Shown here in pieces: positions 1 through 8,416 of a stretch of 64,000 nt of DNA. The notes under the pieces were generated by a model, which worked only from the letters and a program-made list of their open reading frames with translations, had not been told where the DNA came from and ran no database searches. The position numbers and the translations under genes are program-made. Positions within the stretch are counted from its first letter, which is position 1. Every line of letters begins with the position of its first letter. Origin of the DNA: Nitrospirota bacterium (GTDB taxonomy: Bacteria; Nitrospirota; UBA9217); NCBI GenBank assembly GCA_963751455.1, contig CAVVUN010000004.1:1-64000 (forward strand), given 5' to 3'.

Positions 1-2
1 AA

Positions 3-785
3 CGGACCTCGGGGCTGCAGCCGAGCGATCTCATTATCGTTGCCGGCCGCCCCTCAATGGGGAAGACCGCGTTCTGTCTGAATATGGCGGCTTTTGCGGC
101 AATCGAGAAGGGGAAGTCAGTTGCCATCTTCAGCCTCGAAATGTCGAAAGAGCAGCTTGTGCTTCGTCTCCTCGGGTCGGAATCGAGAGTCGATGCCCAT
201 AAACTGAGGACCGGCCACCTTTCCGAGCGGGATTGGCCGGCTCTCTCCAATTCGGCCGGCCGGCTTGCGGAAGCTCCGATTTATATTGATGATACCGCGG
301 CCATATCCGTTCTCGAAATGCGCGCCAAGGCGCGAAGGCTGAAAGCAGACCAGGGTGTTGACCTGATCATTGTCGACTACCTGCAGCTGATGCGCGGCAG
401 GGGAGATGAAGGCAGCCGTGAGCAGGAAATATCGAACATTTCACGGTCCCTGAAGGCGCTGGCCAAGGAACTCAAGGTGCCGGTCGTCGCTCTCTCACAA
501 TTGAACCGCGCCGTCGAAACCCGTCCGGGCAAGGAAAAGAGGCCGATGCTCGCGGACCTTCGCGAATCCGGCGCTATCGAGCAGGATGCGGACGTAATAT
601 TATTTATTTACCGTGATGAAGTCTACAATAAATGTGAATGCCCGCATGACGGAGAGTGTCTTTGCGGCAGACGCGGGGTAGCCGAAGTGATTATCGGCAA
701 GCAGAGAAACGGACCGATAGGAAAAGTAGATCTGACCTTCATCAACAAATATACCCGGTTCGAAAACGCAGACAAGCGGTTTTAA
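3..785 (+). CDS. dnaB: Replicative DNA helicase DnaB, C-terminal part (5' end outside window)
   Basis: Frame is open from position 3: [19 protein letters not shown] (Walker A), [34 protein letters not shown]. Confidence 0.97.
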   Translation, partial: RTSGLQPSDLIIVAGRPSMGKTAFCLNMAAFAAIEKGKSVAIFSLEMSKEQLVLRLLGSESRVDAHKLRTGHLSERDWPALSNSAGRLAEAPIYIDDTAAISVLEMRAKARRLKADQGVDLIIVDYLQLMRGRGDEGSREQEISNISRSLKALAKELKVPVVALSQLNRAVETRPGKEKRPMLADLRESGAIEQDADVILFIYRDEVYNKCECPHDGECLCGRRGVAEVIIGKQRNGPIGKVDLTFINKYTRFENADKRF

Positions 786-955
786 AGAAGCAGGAAGAAA
801 CAAGAATTTTATGGAGTCACAGTTTCGCAATATTAACGCTCGTGACCGATTATGCCCTTTGAAACTCTGACCCTTGGACACTTTTAATTATTGGCGATTT
901 GAATTTGACCTCTACGGTCGTGACTTATTTTACTGCATTACATAAGGAGGATCCC

Positions 956-1738
956 TTGGCTTCGGAAAAAACGACTATCAGCGATAAAGTGCAGAAATTC
1001 ATAGAGAAATCGGATTGGAAATCCGCGATCGGGGAGATGGAAAAGCTGTTTGCCATTGACCAGGACCCGATCGTGCGCGTGCGCATTGGCGATGCGCATC
1101 AGAAGCTCAATCAAAAAAGTGAAGCGGTCAAGGAATACATAAAGGCGGCTGACCTCTACGCCGAAAAGGGGTTCGTGGTCAAGGCGCTTGCCCAGTACAA
1201 ACTGGCTTTGAGGCTCGACCCCTCAAACAAGGACGCGCAGACAAAAATGGAAGGACTCCACTCAAACAAGACGGTTACCGATTTCAAGCTCGAACCGCTC
1301 CTGGATGGAGAGGCAGTGCCGACGCGCAGCGTCATCCCGCTCTTCGCTGACCTCAGCCAGGAGGAATTCAACGAATTCACGAAACGGATGATAATCCATA
1401 CCGTTCCTGCAGGGAAGCCGATCGTCCGGGAAGGGGAAGCGGGCAGTTCGGTTTTTATTCTCACCCGGGGAAGTGTGAAAGTCTGGGCGACCATCCAGAA
1501 CAAGCGTGTGGATCTCGCCATACTGCAGTCCAGCGACTTTTTCGGCGAAATCGGATTTCTCACCGGGAAACCGCGGACCGCGACGGTTGAGGCCGCCGAG
1601 GAGACGGATGTTCTCGAGATCGACGAGGCAGACCTCCGGGACATGATGCAGAAGTGGCCCCGGATCAAGGAAGTGCTCCAGAATTATTATGAACAGCGGG
1701 TCAAAAGCACGATGGAAAAAGTAAAGGGCGCTCTATAA
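956..1738 (+). CDS. TPR-like + cyclic nucleotide-binding domain protein (no HTH)
   Basis: N-terminal helical TPR-like repeats (…ALAQYKLALRLDP); phosphate-binding cassette FFGEIGFLTGKPRTATV; TTG start at 956 follows AAGGAGG. Confidence 0.85.
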   Translation: MASEKTTISDKVQKFIEKSDWKSAIGEMEKLFAIDQDPIVRVRIGDAHQKLNQKSEAVKEYIKAADLYAEKGFVVKALAQYKLALRLDPSNKDAQTKMEGLHSNKTVTDFKLEPLLDGEAVPTRSVIPLFADLSQEEFNEFTKRMIIHTVPAGKPIVREGEAGSSVFILTRGSVKVWATIQNKRVDLAILQSSDFFGEIGFLTGKPRTATVEAAEETDVLEIDEADLRDMMQKWPRIKEVLQNYYEQRVKSTMEKVKGAL

Positions 1739-1784
1739 TCGTTCCTTTCCGTTTCACCGGCCATCCGTTATTTCTGGAGAATGT

Positions 1785-3503
1785 ATGTCATCAGAAAAAG
1801 CGCAATTGATCGATTCCATACAGAAAAATGTGGGTAAATCCAACTGGAAAGCGGCAGTTTCAGATATGGAGAAACTGTTTGCCATCGAACCCGACCCGAT
1901 CATCCGCGTCCGCATGGGTGACGCGTATCAGAAATTGAACCAGGTGCTGGATGCGGTAAAGGAGTATGTGTACGCAGCCGACCTCTATGCCCTCAAAGGA
2001 ACGATTGTCAAGGCTCTTGCGCAGTATAAACTGGCCTTGCGGCTGGATCCGAAAAACCGGGACGCGCAGGAAAGAATGTCCGCGCTCCATTCGAACAAGG
2101 CCATAACTGAAAAAAAATCAGAGCCGGTCGAGGAAGGCGGGCAGCAGGCTGCCAGAAGCGTTATCCCGCTCTTTGCCGGATTTACCCAGGAAGAGTTTAC
2201 CGATTTCACCAAGATGATGGTCGTCCACATTCTCCAGCCCCGCCAGGCTATCGTCAAACAGGGCGATACCGGCAAGTCGGTTTACATCATTGCGAGCGGG
2301 TCCGTGAAGGTCTGGACGACGACGCCTGCAGGAGAGCGGCTCGACCTGGCCGTTCTCGGGCCGAGCGATTTCTTCGGGGAAACCGCATTTTTGACAGGGA
2401 AGCCCCGGAACGCAACCGTTGAAACGATCGGCGACTCGGTCCTCCTCGAGCTTACCGAGGAAAAGCTGAGTGAACTCGTGGTCGAGCGTCCTCGCGTGAT
2501 GCAGGTCCTCCAGGAATATTCGGACATGCGCGCAAAGGGCACCAGCCAGAAGCTGCAGTCCACGCAAAAAACGGAAGCGCCTGCCCCAAGCGTCGCTCCG
2601 AGGCCTGCACCGCCTGCGCCGGAGAGTGTTTCGGCTGTTCCCAAATCCCAGCCCCCGGAAGCCACAGCTCCTCCAAAGCCCCCTCAGGCCGCGGTTGAAA
2701 AACCGAAAGCTGTTGAACCGTCGGATAAGACCAAACTGATTGATTCTATCCAAAAATCCGTGAGCAAGTCGGATTGGAAGTCTGTTATTACGGAAATGGA
2801 GAAGCTTTTTGCTATCGGGCCGGACCCGATAATCCGGGTAAGAATAGGCGACGCTTATCAGAAGCTGAATCAGAAGGCCGAGGCCGTGAAGGAATACCTG
2901 CGTGCTGCAGATATGTATGCCGAAACGGGGGCTGTGGTGAAGGCGCTCGCGCAGTACAAACTAGTACTCAGGATCGAGCCGGGCAATAAACAGGCCCAGG
3001 AACGGATCGAAGCGCTCCACTCCAACAAGACGGTCAAGGAGAGCAAGGCGGAGCCGGTGGAGCAGGGCGCCCAGAAACCGGCGAGCAGCGTTATTCCGCT
3101 CTTTGCAGGTTTCTCACAGGAAGAGTTTAACGCCTTTACCCAGGTCATGAATGTGCATCCCTTGCCTGCAGGACTTCCCATCATCGAACAGAATGATACG
3201 GGCAAGTCCGTGTATATTATCGCGAACGGAGCCGTTAAAGTCTATACCACGTTATTGTCGGGCGAGAGGATTGATTTGGCACAGCTCTGGCCCGGCGATT
3301 TCTTTGGCGAGATGTCTTTTCTTACGGGTAAAACACGGACCGCGACCGTCGAGACAACCGAGGATTCGGTAATTCTCGAGGTGACGGAAGACCAGCTGCG
3401 TGAACTTGCGTCCCAGCGCCCGCATGTATTGGACGTGCTTCGGAAATATTCGGAGGAGAGGACCAAGGGGACCGTATCAAAAATTCAGGAGTCGAATAAG
3501 TAA
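1785..3503 (+). CDS. Tandem (TPR-like + cNMP-binding) x2 protein with Pro-rich linker
   Basis: Two modules paralogous to the upstream gene: FFGETAFLTGKPRNATV and FFGEMSFLTGKTRTATV; PAP-rich linker between them. Confidence 0.85.
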   Translation: MSSEKAQLIDSIQKNVGKSNWKAAVSDMEKLFAIEPDPIIRVRMGDAYQKLNQVLDAVKEYVYAADLYALKGTIVKALAQYKLALRLDPKNRDAQERMSALHSNKAITEKKSEPVEEGGQQAARSVIPLFAGFTQEEFTDFTKMMVVHILQPRQAIVKQGDTGKSVYIIASGSVKVWTTTPAGERLDLAVLGPSDFFGETAFLTGKPRNATVETIGDSVLLELTEEKLSELVVERPRVMQVLQEYSDMRAKGTSQKLQSTQKTEAPAPSVAPRPAPPAPESVSAVPKSQPPEATAPPKPPQAAVEKPKAVEPSDKTKLIDSIQKSVSKSDWKSVITEMEKLFAIGPDPIIRVRIGDAYQKLNQKAEAVKEYLRAADMYAETGAVVKALAQYKLVLRIEPGNKQAQERIEALHSNKTVKESKAEPVEQGAQKPASSVIPLFAGFSQEEFNAFTQVMNVHPLPAGLPIIEQNDTGKSVYIIANGAVKVYTTLLSGERIDLAQLWPGDFFGEMSFLTGKTRTATVETTEDSVILEVTEDQLRELASQRPHVLDVLRKYSEERTKGTVSKIQESNK

Positions 3504-3574
3504 GCACTGTATCACATGTATTGTCGTTTGGCTGTCGGCAATGATGCACATATTCCGTGCTATCGCAAATACCT

Positions 3575-4399
3575 ATGCAGCGCCATCCAGCAGTTGCAGG
3601 CCATTTTTACAGCGGAACATCAGAGGGGCTTAAGCGGCAAGTCGGGGAGTATGTCGTCTCCGCTGAAAAGCAGCACGCAATCGGCATCCTTGTCCCCCAT
3701 GCCGGGCTGATGTATTCCGGAGCGGTCGCGGGAGCGGTTTATTCAAGCATCGAATTGACCGATACCATCGTTCTCATCGGTCCTAATCATACCGGTCTTG
3801 GTACACCGGTCTCCATTATGTGTGAAGGATCGTGGGAAACCCCGCTCGGACCCGTCGATATCGATCAGGCGGTAGCCCGGTCCATCCTGTCACGGTCCCG
3901 TTATATTCGTGAAGATTCACTAGCCCATCTCCGCGAGCATTCTCTCGAAGTGCAGCTTCCCTTCATTCAATATCTCAAAAAGAATGTTAGAATAGTGCCG
4001 ATCCAGATTCTCGATGCCAGGCTGGACACGTGTCTTGATATCGGAAGAGCGGTGGCAGCTGCTATTGCGGAATGCGGAATGCGGATTGCGGAATCACAGT
4101 CAACAAAAACTTTGATTGTCGCAAGTTCGGACATGAGCCACTATGAATCGGCGGCTGCGGCAAAAGAAAAAGACTTCAGGGCAATCAAACCAATTTTGGA
4201 TCTCGATCCCGAGGGGCTGTACCAAACCATCAGAACGGAAGGCATCACCATGTGCGGATTCGGCCCTGCGGTTGCAATGCTTGCGGCATGCAAACTCCTC
4301 GGGGCATCAAAAGCCAGCCTCATCAAATACGCCAATTCAGGCGATGTGAGCGGCGACTACGAACAGGTCGTAGGATACGCCGGCATTGTTGTCAGTTGA
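3575..4399 (+). CDS. amrB: MEMO1 family / AmmeMemoRadiSam system protein B
   Basis: RHPAVAGHFY, PHAGLMYSG, GPNHTG, EHSLEVQLPF, ASSDMSHY, TMCG, VVGYAG. Confidence 0.92.
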   Translation: MQRHPAVAGHFYSGTSEGLKRQVGEYVVSAEKQHAIGILVPHAGLMYSGAVAGAVYSSIELTDTIVLIGPNHTGLGTPVSIMCEGSWETPLGPVDIDQAVARSILSRSRYIREDSLAHLREHSLEVQLPFIQYLKKNVRIVPIQILDARLDTCLDIGRAVAAAIAECGMRIAESQSTKTLIVASSDMSHYESAAAAKEKDFRAIKPILDLDPEGLYQTIRTEGITMCGFGPAVAMLAACKLLGASKASLIKYANSGDVSGDYEQVVGYAGIVVS

Positions 4400-4614
4400 A
4401 CCAGCCAGAATACCCTTCTTTTAAAAACAAACCTGACTTACCATGAAGACACGATGTCTCCTCTTGTAATGTTCACTCCAATCTGAATCCCCGCAAACAG
4501 CAAAAATTAGTATAAACAAAATAGACCTGCATCCCGAATGCATCCCGGAATTGGCCTATCAGGCATATCCTCTACCATCTTCCCATGAAATTAAAATCAA
4601 ACACGGGAGGTGGC

Positions 4615-5328
4615 ATGATGAAGAAGAACGAAATGAAGGGAATTCGGATGCGCGTATTTTATTTTGTGGTCGGCATTATCGCAGTGGTGACCGGATATAC
4701 ATCGATCAGCGCGGACATGATCCGGGAAGAACGGTTGAAAAGAATGCCTCGTGATGTGCATACCATCGGAATGAGGGGGTTCACGCTTATGGAAATATTA
4801 GTCGTTATCGGTTTGATGGTCCTCTTGAGCGGATTTGTATCTTTGAGCGCGGATATTATCCGAAAGGAAAGAATATCGGCCGCGGCACGGGAACTTGTTG
4901 CCGATCTCCACGCTGCACGGATGAACGCAATGACCAGGGACGGAGGAGGATTCGGGATACGCTTTGAATCTGCCGGTTCGTACTCGATGTTTACCTTCTC
5001 AGACTGCAATAATGATTCAAGCTATGATCGCGACACCTGCCCGGGAAACAGCAGGGAAGAGAAGAATGTGATGATGAAAGCCATGAATAAGTCGGTTGTG
5101 CTGAAGAAAAACAACCCCGGCACAAATTTTAATAATTACATTGTAATGTTCGACCGCAACGGTGTTCCCCGTCGTGAAAATGGAAGTCTCGGCATGACGA
5201 CAATTGTTGTTAAAAGTGATGACAATGATGAGGATATAAAATGCGTTACCATCAGCCTTAACAGGATACGGGGAGGAGTCTGGGCGCGGGAAAGGCGAAG
5301 CGGCAGAAACACCTGCATTGAGCAGTAA
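4615..5328 (+). CDS. FimT/GspH-like minor pilin with an extra N-terminal pilin-like helix
   Basis: Internal prepilin motif MRG|FTLMEILVVI, then RELVADLHAARM; GGAGG at 4606-4610 before ATG 4615/4618. Confidence 0.75.
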   Translation: MMKKNEMKGIRMRVFYFVVGIIAVVTGYTSISADMIREERLKRMPRDVHTIGMRGFTLMEILVVIGLMVLLSGFVSLSADIIRKERISAAARELVADLHAARMNAMTRDGGGFGIRFESAGSYSMFTFSDCNNDSSYDRDTCPGNSREEKNVMMKAMNKSVVLKKNNPGTNFNNYIVMFDRNGVPRRENGSLGMTTIVVKSDDNDEDIKCVTISLNRIRGGVWARERRSGRNTCIEQ

Positions 5329-5451
5329 GTCTTGTTGCAGGAGTATTTGATCTGCAATAAACACTATGTAATGCATTACACAAAAAGATAAATATCGCGA
5401 ATTGCGTGGAATATTTATGCCCATAAGTTATTGAAAAAATATGATTTGGCG

Positions 5452-5467
5452 TGGTACAATAGTTGCA
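5452..5467 (+). promoter_or_regulatory. Putative sigma54 (-24/-12) promoter of the minor-pilin operon
   Basis: TGGTAC-N5-TTGCA with canonical GG-N10-GC spacing; IHF-like TAAGTTATTGAAA at ~5424-5436. Confidence 0.65.
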
Positions 5468-5506
5468 CTTTAGCAGAAGAGAGAGAACCGAGAAAGGGGA
5501 AGACCG

Positions 5507-5695
5507 ATGACTAAATACAGAATGACGTGCCCTGATTGTTCGGCCGTTGTATTAACGGCATCCCCGCAAGCGCTCGTATGGGAATTATGCCCGGCATGTC
5601 GTACCCATGTGTGGGACGGGTATGATGCAATGATGGCAGATGTTGCCGGAAACGACGCAACAGGAAAAGCTGGAGTTTTGCATGTTTACAGTTGA
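5507..5695 (+). CDS. Small zinc-ribbon protein (CPDC…CPAC)
   Basis: 62 aa; purine-rich RBS (GAAAGGGGA); two CxxC motifs; stop overlaps the start of the next gene. Confidence 0.6.
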   Translation: MTKYRMTCPDCSAVVLTASPQALVWELCPACRTHVWDGYDAMMADVAGNDATGKAGVLHVYS

Positions 5696-6293
5696 GGATC
5701 ACGGCTACTGTTACGGCACACGCCGTAAAGATCATGGGTTTTCGCTGGTAGAACTCCTGGTCGTCATTGCTATTCTTGGCACCATGCTCGCAATGGCATC
5801 CGTAGGCTTGGATCTTGTCCAGAAGGCGCGCGTGACCAGCACAACGCGGGAGATCGTTTCCGACATCCAACAGGTCAGGGCAAATTCCATGATCCAGGGT
5901 TCCTCGGTTGCCATGCCGAATCTGAGAGGATTTGGCATCAGGTTCGATTCACCGACTTCTTTCGTGATGTTCAAGTTCAATGATGCGGACGGCGATTACG
6001 TGTATGAAGGCGTTGGAGATGAAGCGGATACACAGACGAAAACGATGCCTTCATCAGTCAATATTCAGATATCAAACAATCCTGATTATAAAATATTGAT
6101 CTACGACCGTTTTGGGACTCCTACAAGATGTAATGCCGCAGGCGACCCTATGCCTGCAACTCCAGGGAGCCCGCTTCTGACCTTACTGGTATCAAATCCT
6201 GAGTCTGACGAAAAGAAATGTATCAAAGTATGGATGAACAACCTGAGGGAGGGAGTGTGGAATGCCGGTACCTCCGAATGTAAGGAAAGATAA
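5682..6293 (+). CDS. FimT/GspH-like minor pilin
   Basis: HG|FSLVELLVVIAI prepilin motif, REIVSDIQQVR; paralogous to 4615-5328 (GFGIRF…, KKCIKV…REGVW). Confidence 0.85.
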   Translation: MFTVEDHGYCYGTRRKDHGFSLVELLVVIAILGTMLAMASVGLDLVQKARVTSTTREIVSDIQQVRANSMIQGSSVAMPNLRGFGIRFDSPTSFVMFKFNDADGDYVYEGVGDEADTQTKTMPSSVNIQISNNPDYKILIYDRFGTPTRCNAAGDPMPATPGSPLLTLLVSNPESDEKKCIKVWMNNLREGVWNAGTSECKER

Positions 6294-6720
6294 AGGCTTC
6301 AGTCTTATCGAACTGATGATTGCGATATTCATCATCGCGATAACGATGCTTGCTCTTTTGACGTCGATCACCGTATCCCAGCGTACAAACCTGCAGAATC
6401 AGGTGAGGGACATCGCAATCAGGATCACAAACCAGACGGCCGAAGCGATTCTTGCGCTTCCGCCGAACGATTCTGAACTCAGTACTGGAGTTAATCATAC
6501 CAGGATAGCAGGGAATACAGCTCAGAACATGAAAGGGTTTCCGCAAAAACTAGTCAGCCTGAGAGGATACCAGCAGGACTATACTATAGCGTGGACCGTT
6601 GAACCAACGAGCGCCGGGCTTGCCAGTAAAAATTTAAAAGTTCTCATAGCCGTAACATATAAATTTTCAGGTAAAGACTACTCGCATAATGCGGCAGTTT
6701 TTACAGGCAGTCATCTGTGA
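6262..6720 (+). CDS. pilV: PilV-like minor pilin
   Basis: KG|FSLIELMIAIFII prepilin motif; position in the FimT-V-W-X-Y1 order. Confidence 0.75.
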   Translation: MPVPPNVRKDKGFSLIELMIAIFIIAITMLALLTSITVSQRTNLQNQVRDIAIRITNQTAEAILALPPNDSELSTGVNHTRIAGNTAQNMKGFPQKLVSLRGYQQDYTIAWTVEPTSAGLASKNLKVLIAVTYKFSGKDYSHNAAVFTGSHL

Positions 6721-6781
6721 TGCCATGCACTCGATTGCAGAATGCTCAAATGTATTTAAATTTATCAAGGCTCGGTCAATC

Positions 6782-7852
6782 ATGAAAAAACAGAAGGGTG
6801 TGACGATAATTGAATTGCTGGTCGTGCTCGCGATATTCGGCGTTGTGATGGCCGGCCTGTATTCATCGTATGAGGTCCAATTGAAGCAAGGGGTGCAGGA
6901 ATATCATGCCGCCGAATCGGGAATGGAGCTACAGATTGCGAAATCGGTGATTGGCCGTGACATCGCCATGACGGGTTACGGACTCGTGAAGGCCGATCCC
7001 TCGGTTGCGGACACCTTTAATCTCGCAAATATCGTAGCGCCTATAAGCGCCGTACCAGGGACCAATCATACCGTCACGTTCAGGGGAACTGCTCTTGGAA
7101 TAAATAACCGGGCGCCCCAAAAATGGTCTTTCACAGTCTCCTCGACGCCTACAACTTCGGCAGACTTCGGCGCCTCAAGCAATCCTTCATATGACAGTGA
7201 AAGACTTCAGAATAATGACCGGATCATGTATATGGAGCCGAATACGCAGCAGATACGGAATATGGCGAGCGGCGGCAATTACATCTGGCTTTATCCCTAT
7301 CCGGGCGGCAGTTATCCGACGCCGATGGAGCCCGGAATAATCGCGTACGGTATGGCAACTTTGTCAACGGGTACGCTTATTAATCCGTATTACACTGTCA
7401 CTTATCGCCTCGGAGGGACGCCGCCGGCTTTCTGCCAGACTCAAACACAAAATCTTCTGAGGATTGAAAACAACAACGAACAGCCGCTTCTTAACTGTGT
7501 TCTCGGCTTCAAGGTTGCTTTAGCGCTCGACACCAATGATGATGGTTCGATAGACTGCTGGGATGACGGCGGCGTAAAGTCTGCCATATATCAGCCGCAG
7601 ATCCTGAGGACCATGATCAGGCAGGTGAAATTGTTTGTTCTTGTTCAATCAGGGAACAGGGACAAGGATTATATATACTCGAACCCCGACCCCTTATACT
7701 CGACGACTCCGGATAAGGTCCGGGTAGGGGACACATCATTGATGAAATGCGATGGCGGTGTCATCGGCGAGGACTTCACGTTGTTGAGCGATCAGCGACA
7801 GTTCCGCTGGACAATGCTTGAAATAAGCGGAACGCCGAGAAACCTTCGATAA
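6782..7852 (+). CDS. pilW: PilW-like minor pilin
   Basis: QKG|VTIIELLVVLAI and RDIAMTGYG typical of PilW; operon order. Confidence 0.8.
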   Translation: MKKQKGVTIIELLVVLAIFGVVMAGLYSSYEVQLKQGVQEYHAAESGMELQIAKSVIGRDIAMTGYGLVKADPSVADTFNLANIVAPISAVPGTNHTVTFRGTALGINNRAPQKWSFTVSSTPTTSADFGASSNPSYDSERLQNNDRIMYMEPNTQQIRNMASGGNYIWLYPYPGGSYPTPMEPGIIAYGMATLSTGTLINPYYTVTYRLGGTPPAFCQTQTQNLLRIENNNEQPLLNCVLGFKVALALDTNDDGSIDCWDDGGVKSAIYQPQILRTMIRQVKLFVLVQSGNRDKDYIYSNPDPLYSTTPDKVRVGDTSLMKCDGGVIGEDFTLLSDQRQFRWTMLEISGTPRNLR

Positions 7853-7867
7853 AACGAGGATCGAAAC

Positions 7868-8404
7868 ATGAGAAAAACCGACAATTCCTTATTGAATAAA
7901 TGCAATCAAAAGGGTATAGCTCTTGTGCTCGCCCTTGTCATTACGATGATCGTAATGATCATGATTGTAAGCACCATGTATGTCATCAATCGTTCTACGA
8001 GCATGAGCGGAGCGGGAAAACGTTACCAGACCGCTTCTGCTGCATCGGACGGAGCAGTTGAAGTCATGAAGGATTCGATCGGCCTCCTGATCAACGGAGA
8101 ACCGGAAAGCGTTCTGCCCTTTACCATAGCCACCCCGGGAAGCCTGGTGAATTCCATATTAAACGTGGGAAGTCCCGTTACCGTGACGCTTACGCTCCCG
8201 GGGACCGACCTCTCAACCAATTATCCGACATCCATCACAATAGAGCGGGTATTCACGAAAAGCATTCCCGGTTCCCGCATTCAGTTTCCTCCCTCGAGCG
8301 GCGGGGCAGGCGGCGAAGGTGTTTATTACAGAATTAACACAGTGGTTACAGGGCCGAATAACGCCAGGGCTGAGACTACCGCGCTATACCGGTATGTGGA
8401 TTAA
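7868..8404 (+). CDS. pilX: PilX-like minor pilin
   Basis: QKG|IALVLALVI (lacks Glu5, as in PilX); directly precedes PilY1. Confidence 0.8.
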   Translation: MRKTDNSLLNKCNQKGIALVLALVITMIVMIMIVSTMYVINRSTSMSGAGKRYQTASAASDGAVEVMKDSIGLLINGEPESVLPFTIATPGSLVNSILNVGSPVTVTLTLPGTDLSTNYPTSITIERVFTKSIPGSRIQFPPSSGGAGGEGVYYRINTVVTGPNNARAETTALYRYVD

Positions 8405-8416
8405 GGAGGATCTGCC

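Noticed and set aside
633-665. Intein in DnaB
   Set aside because: The insert is only ~11 aa and has no splicing motifs.
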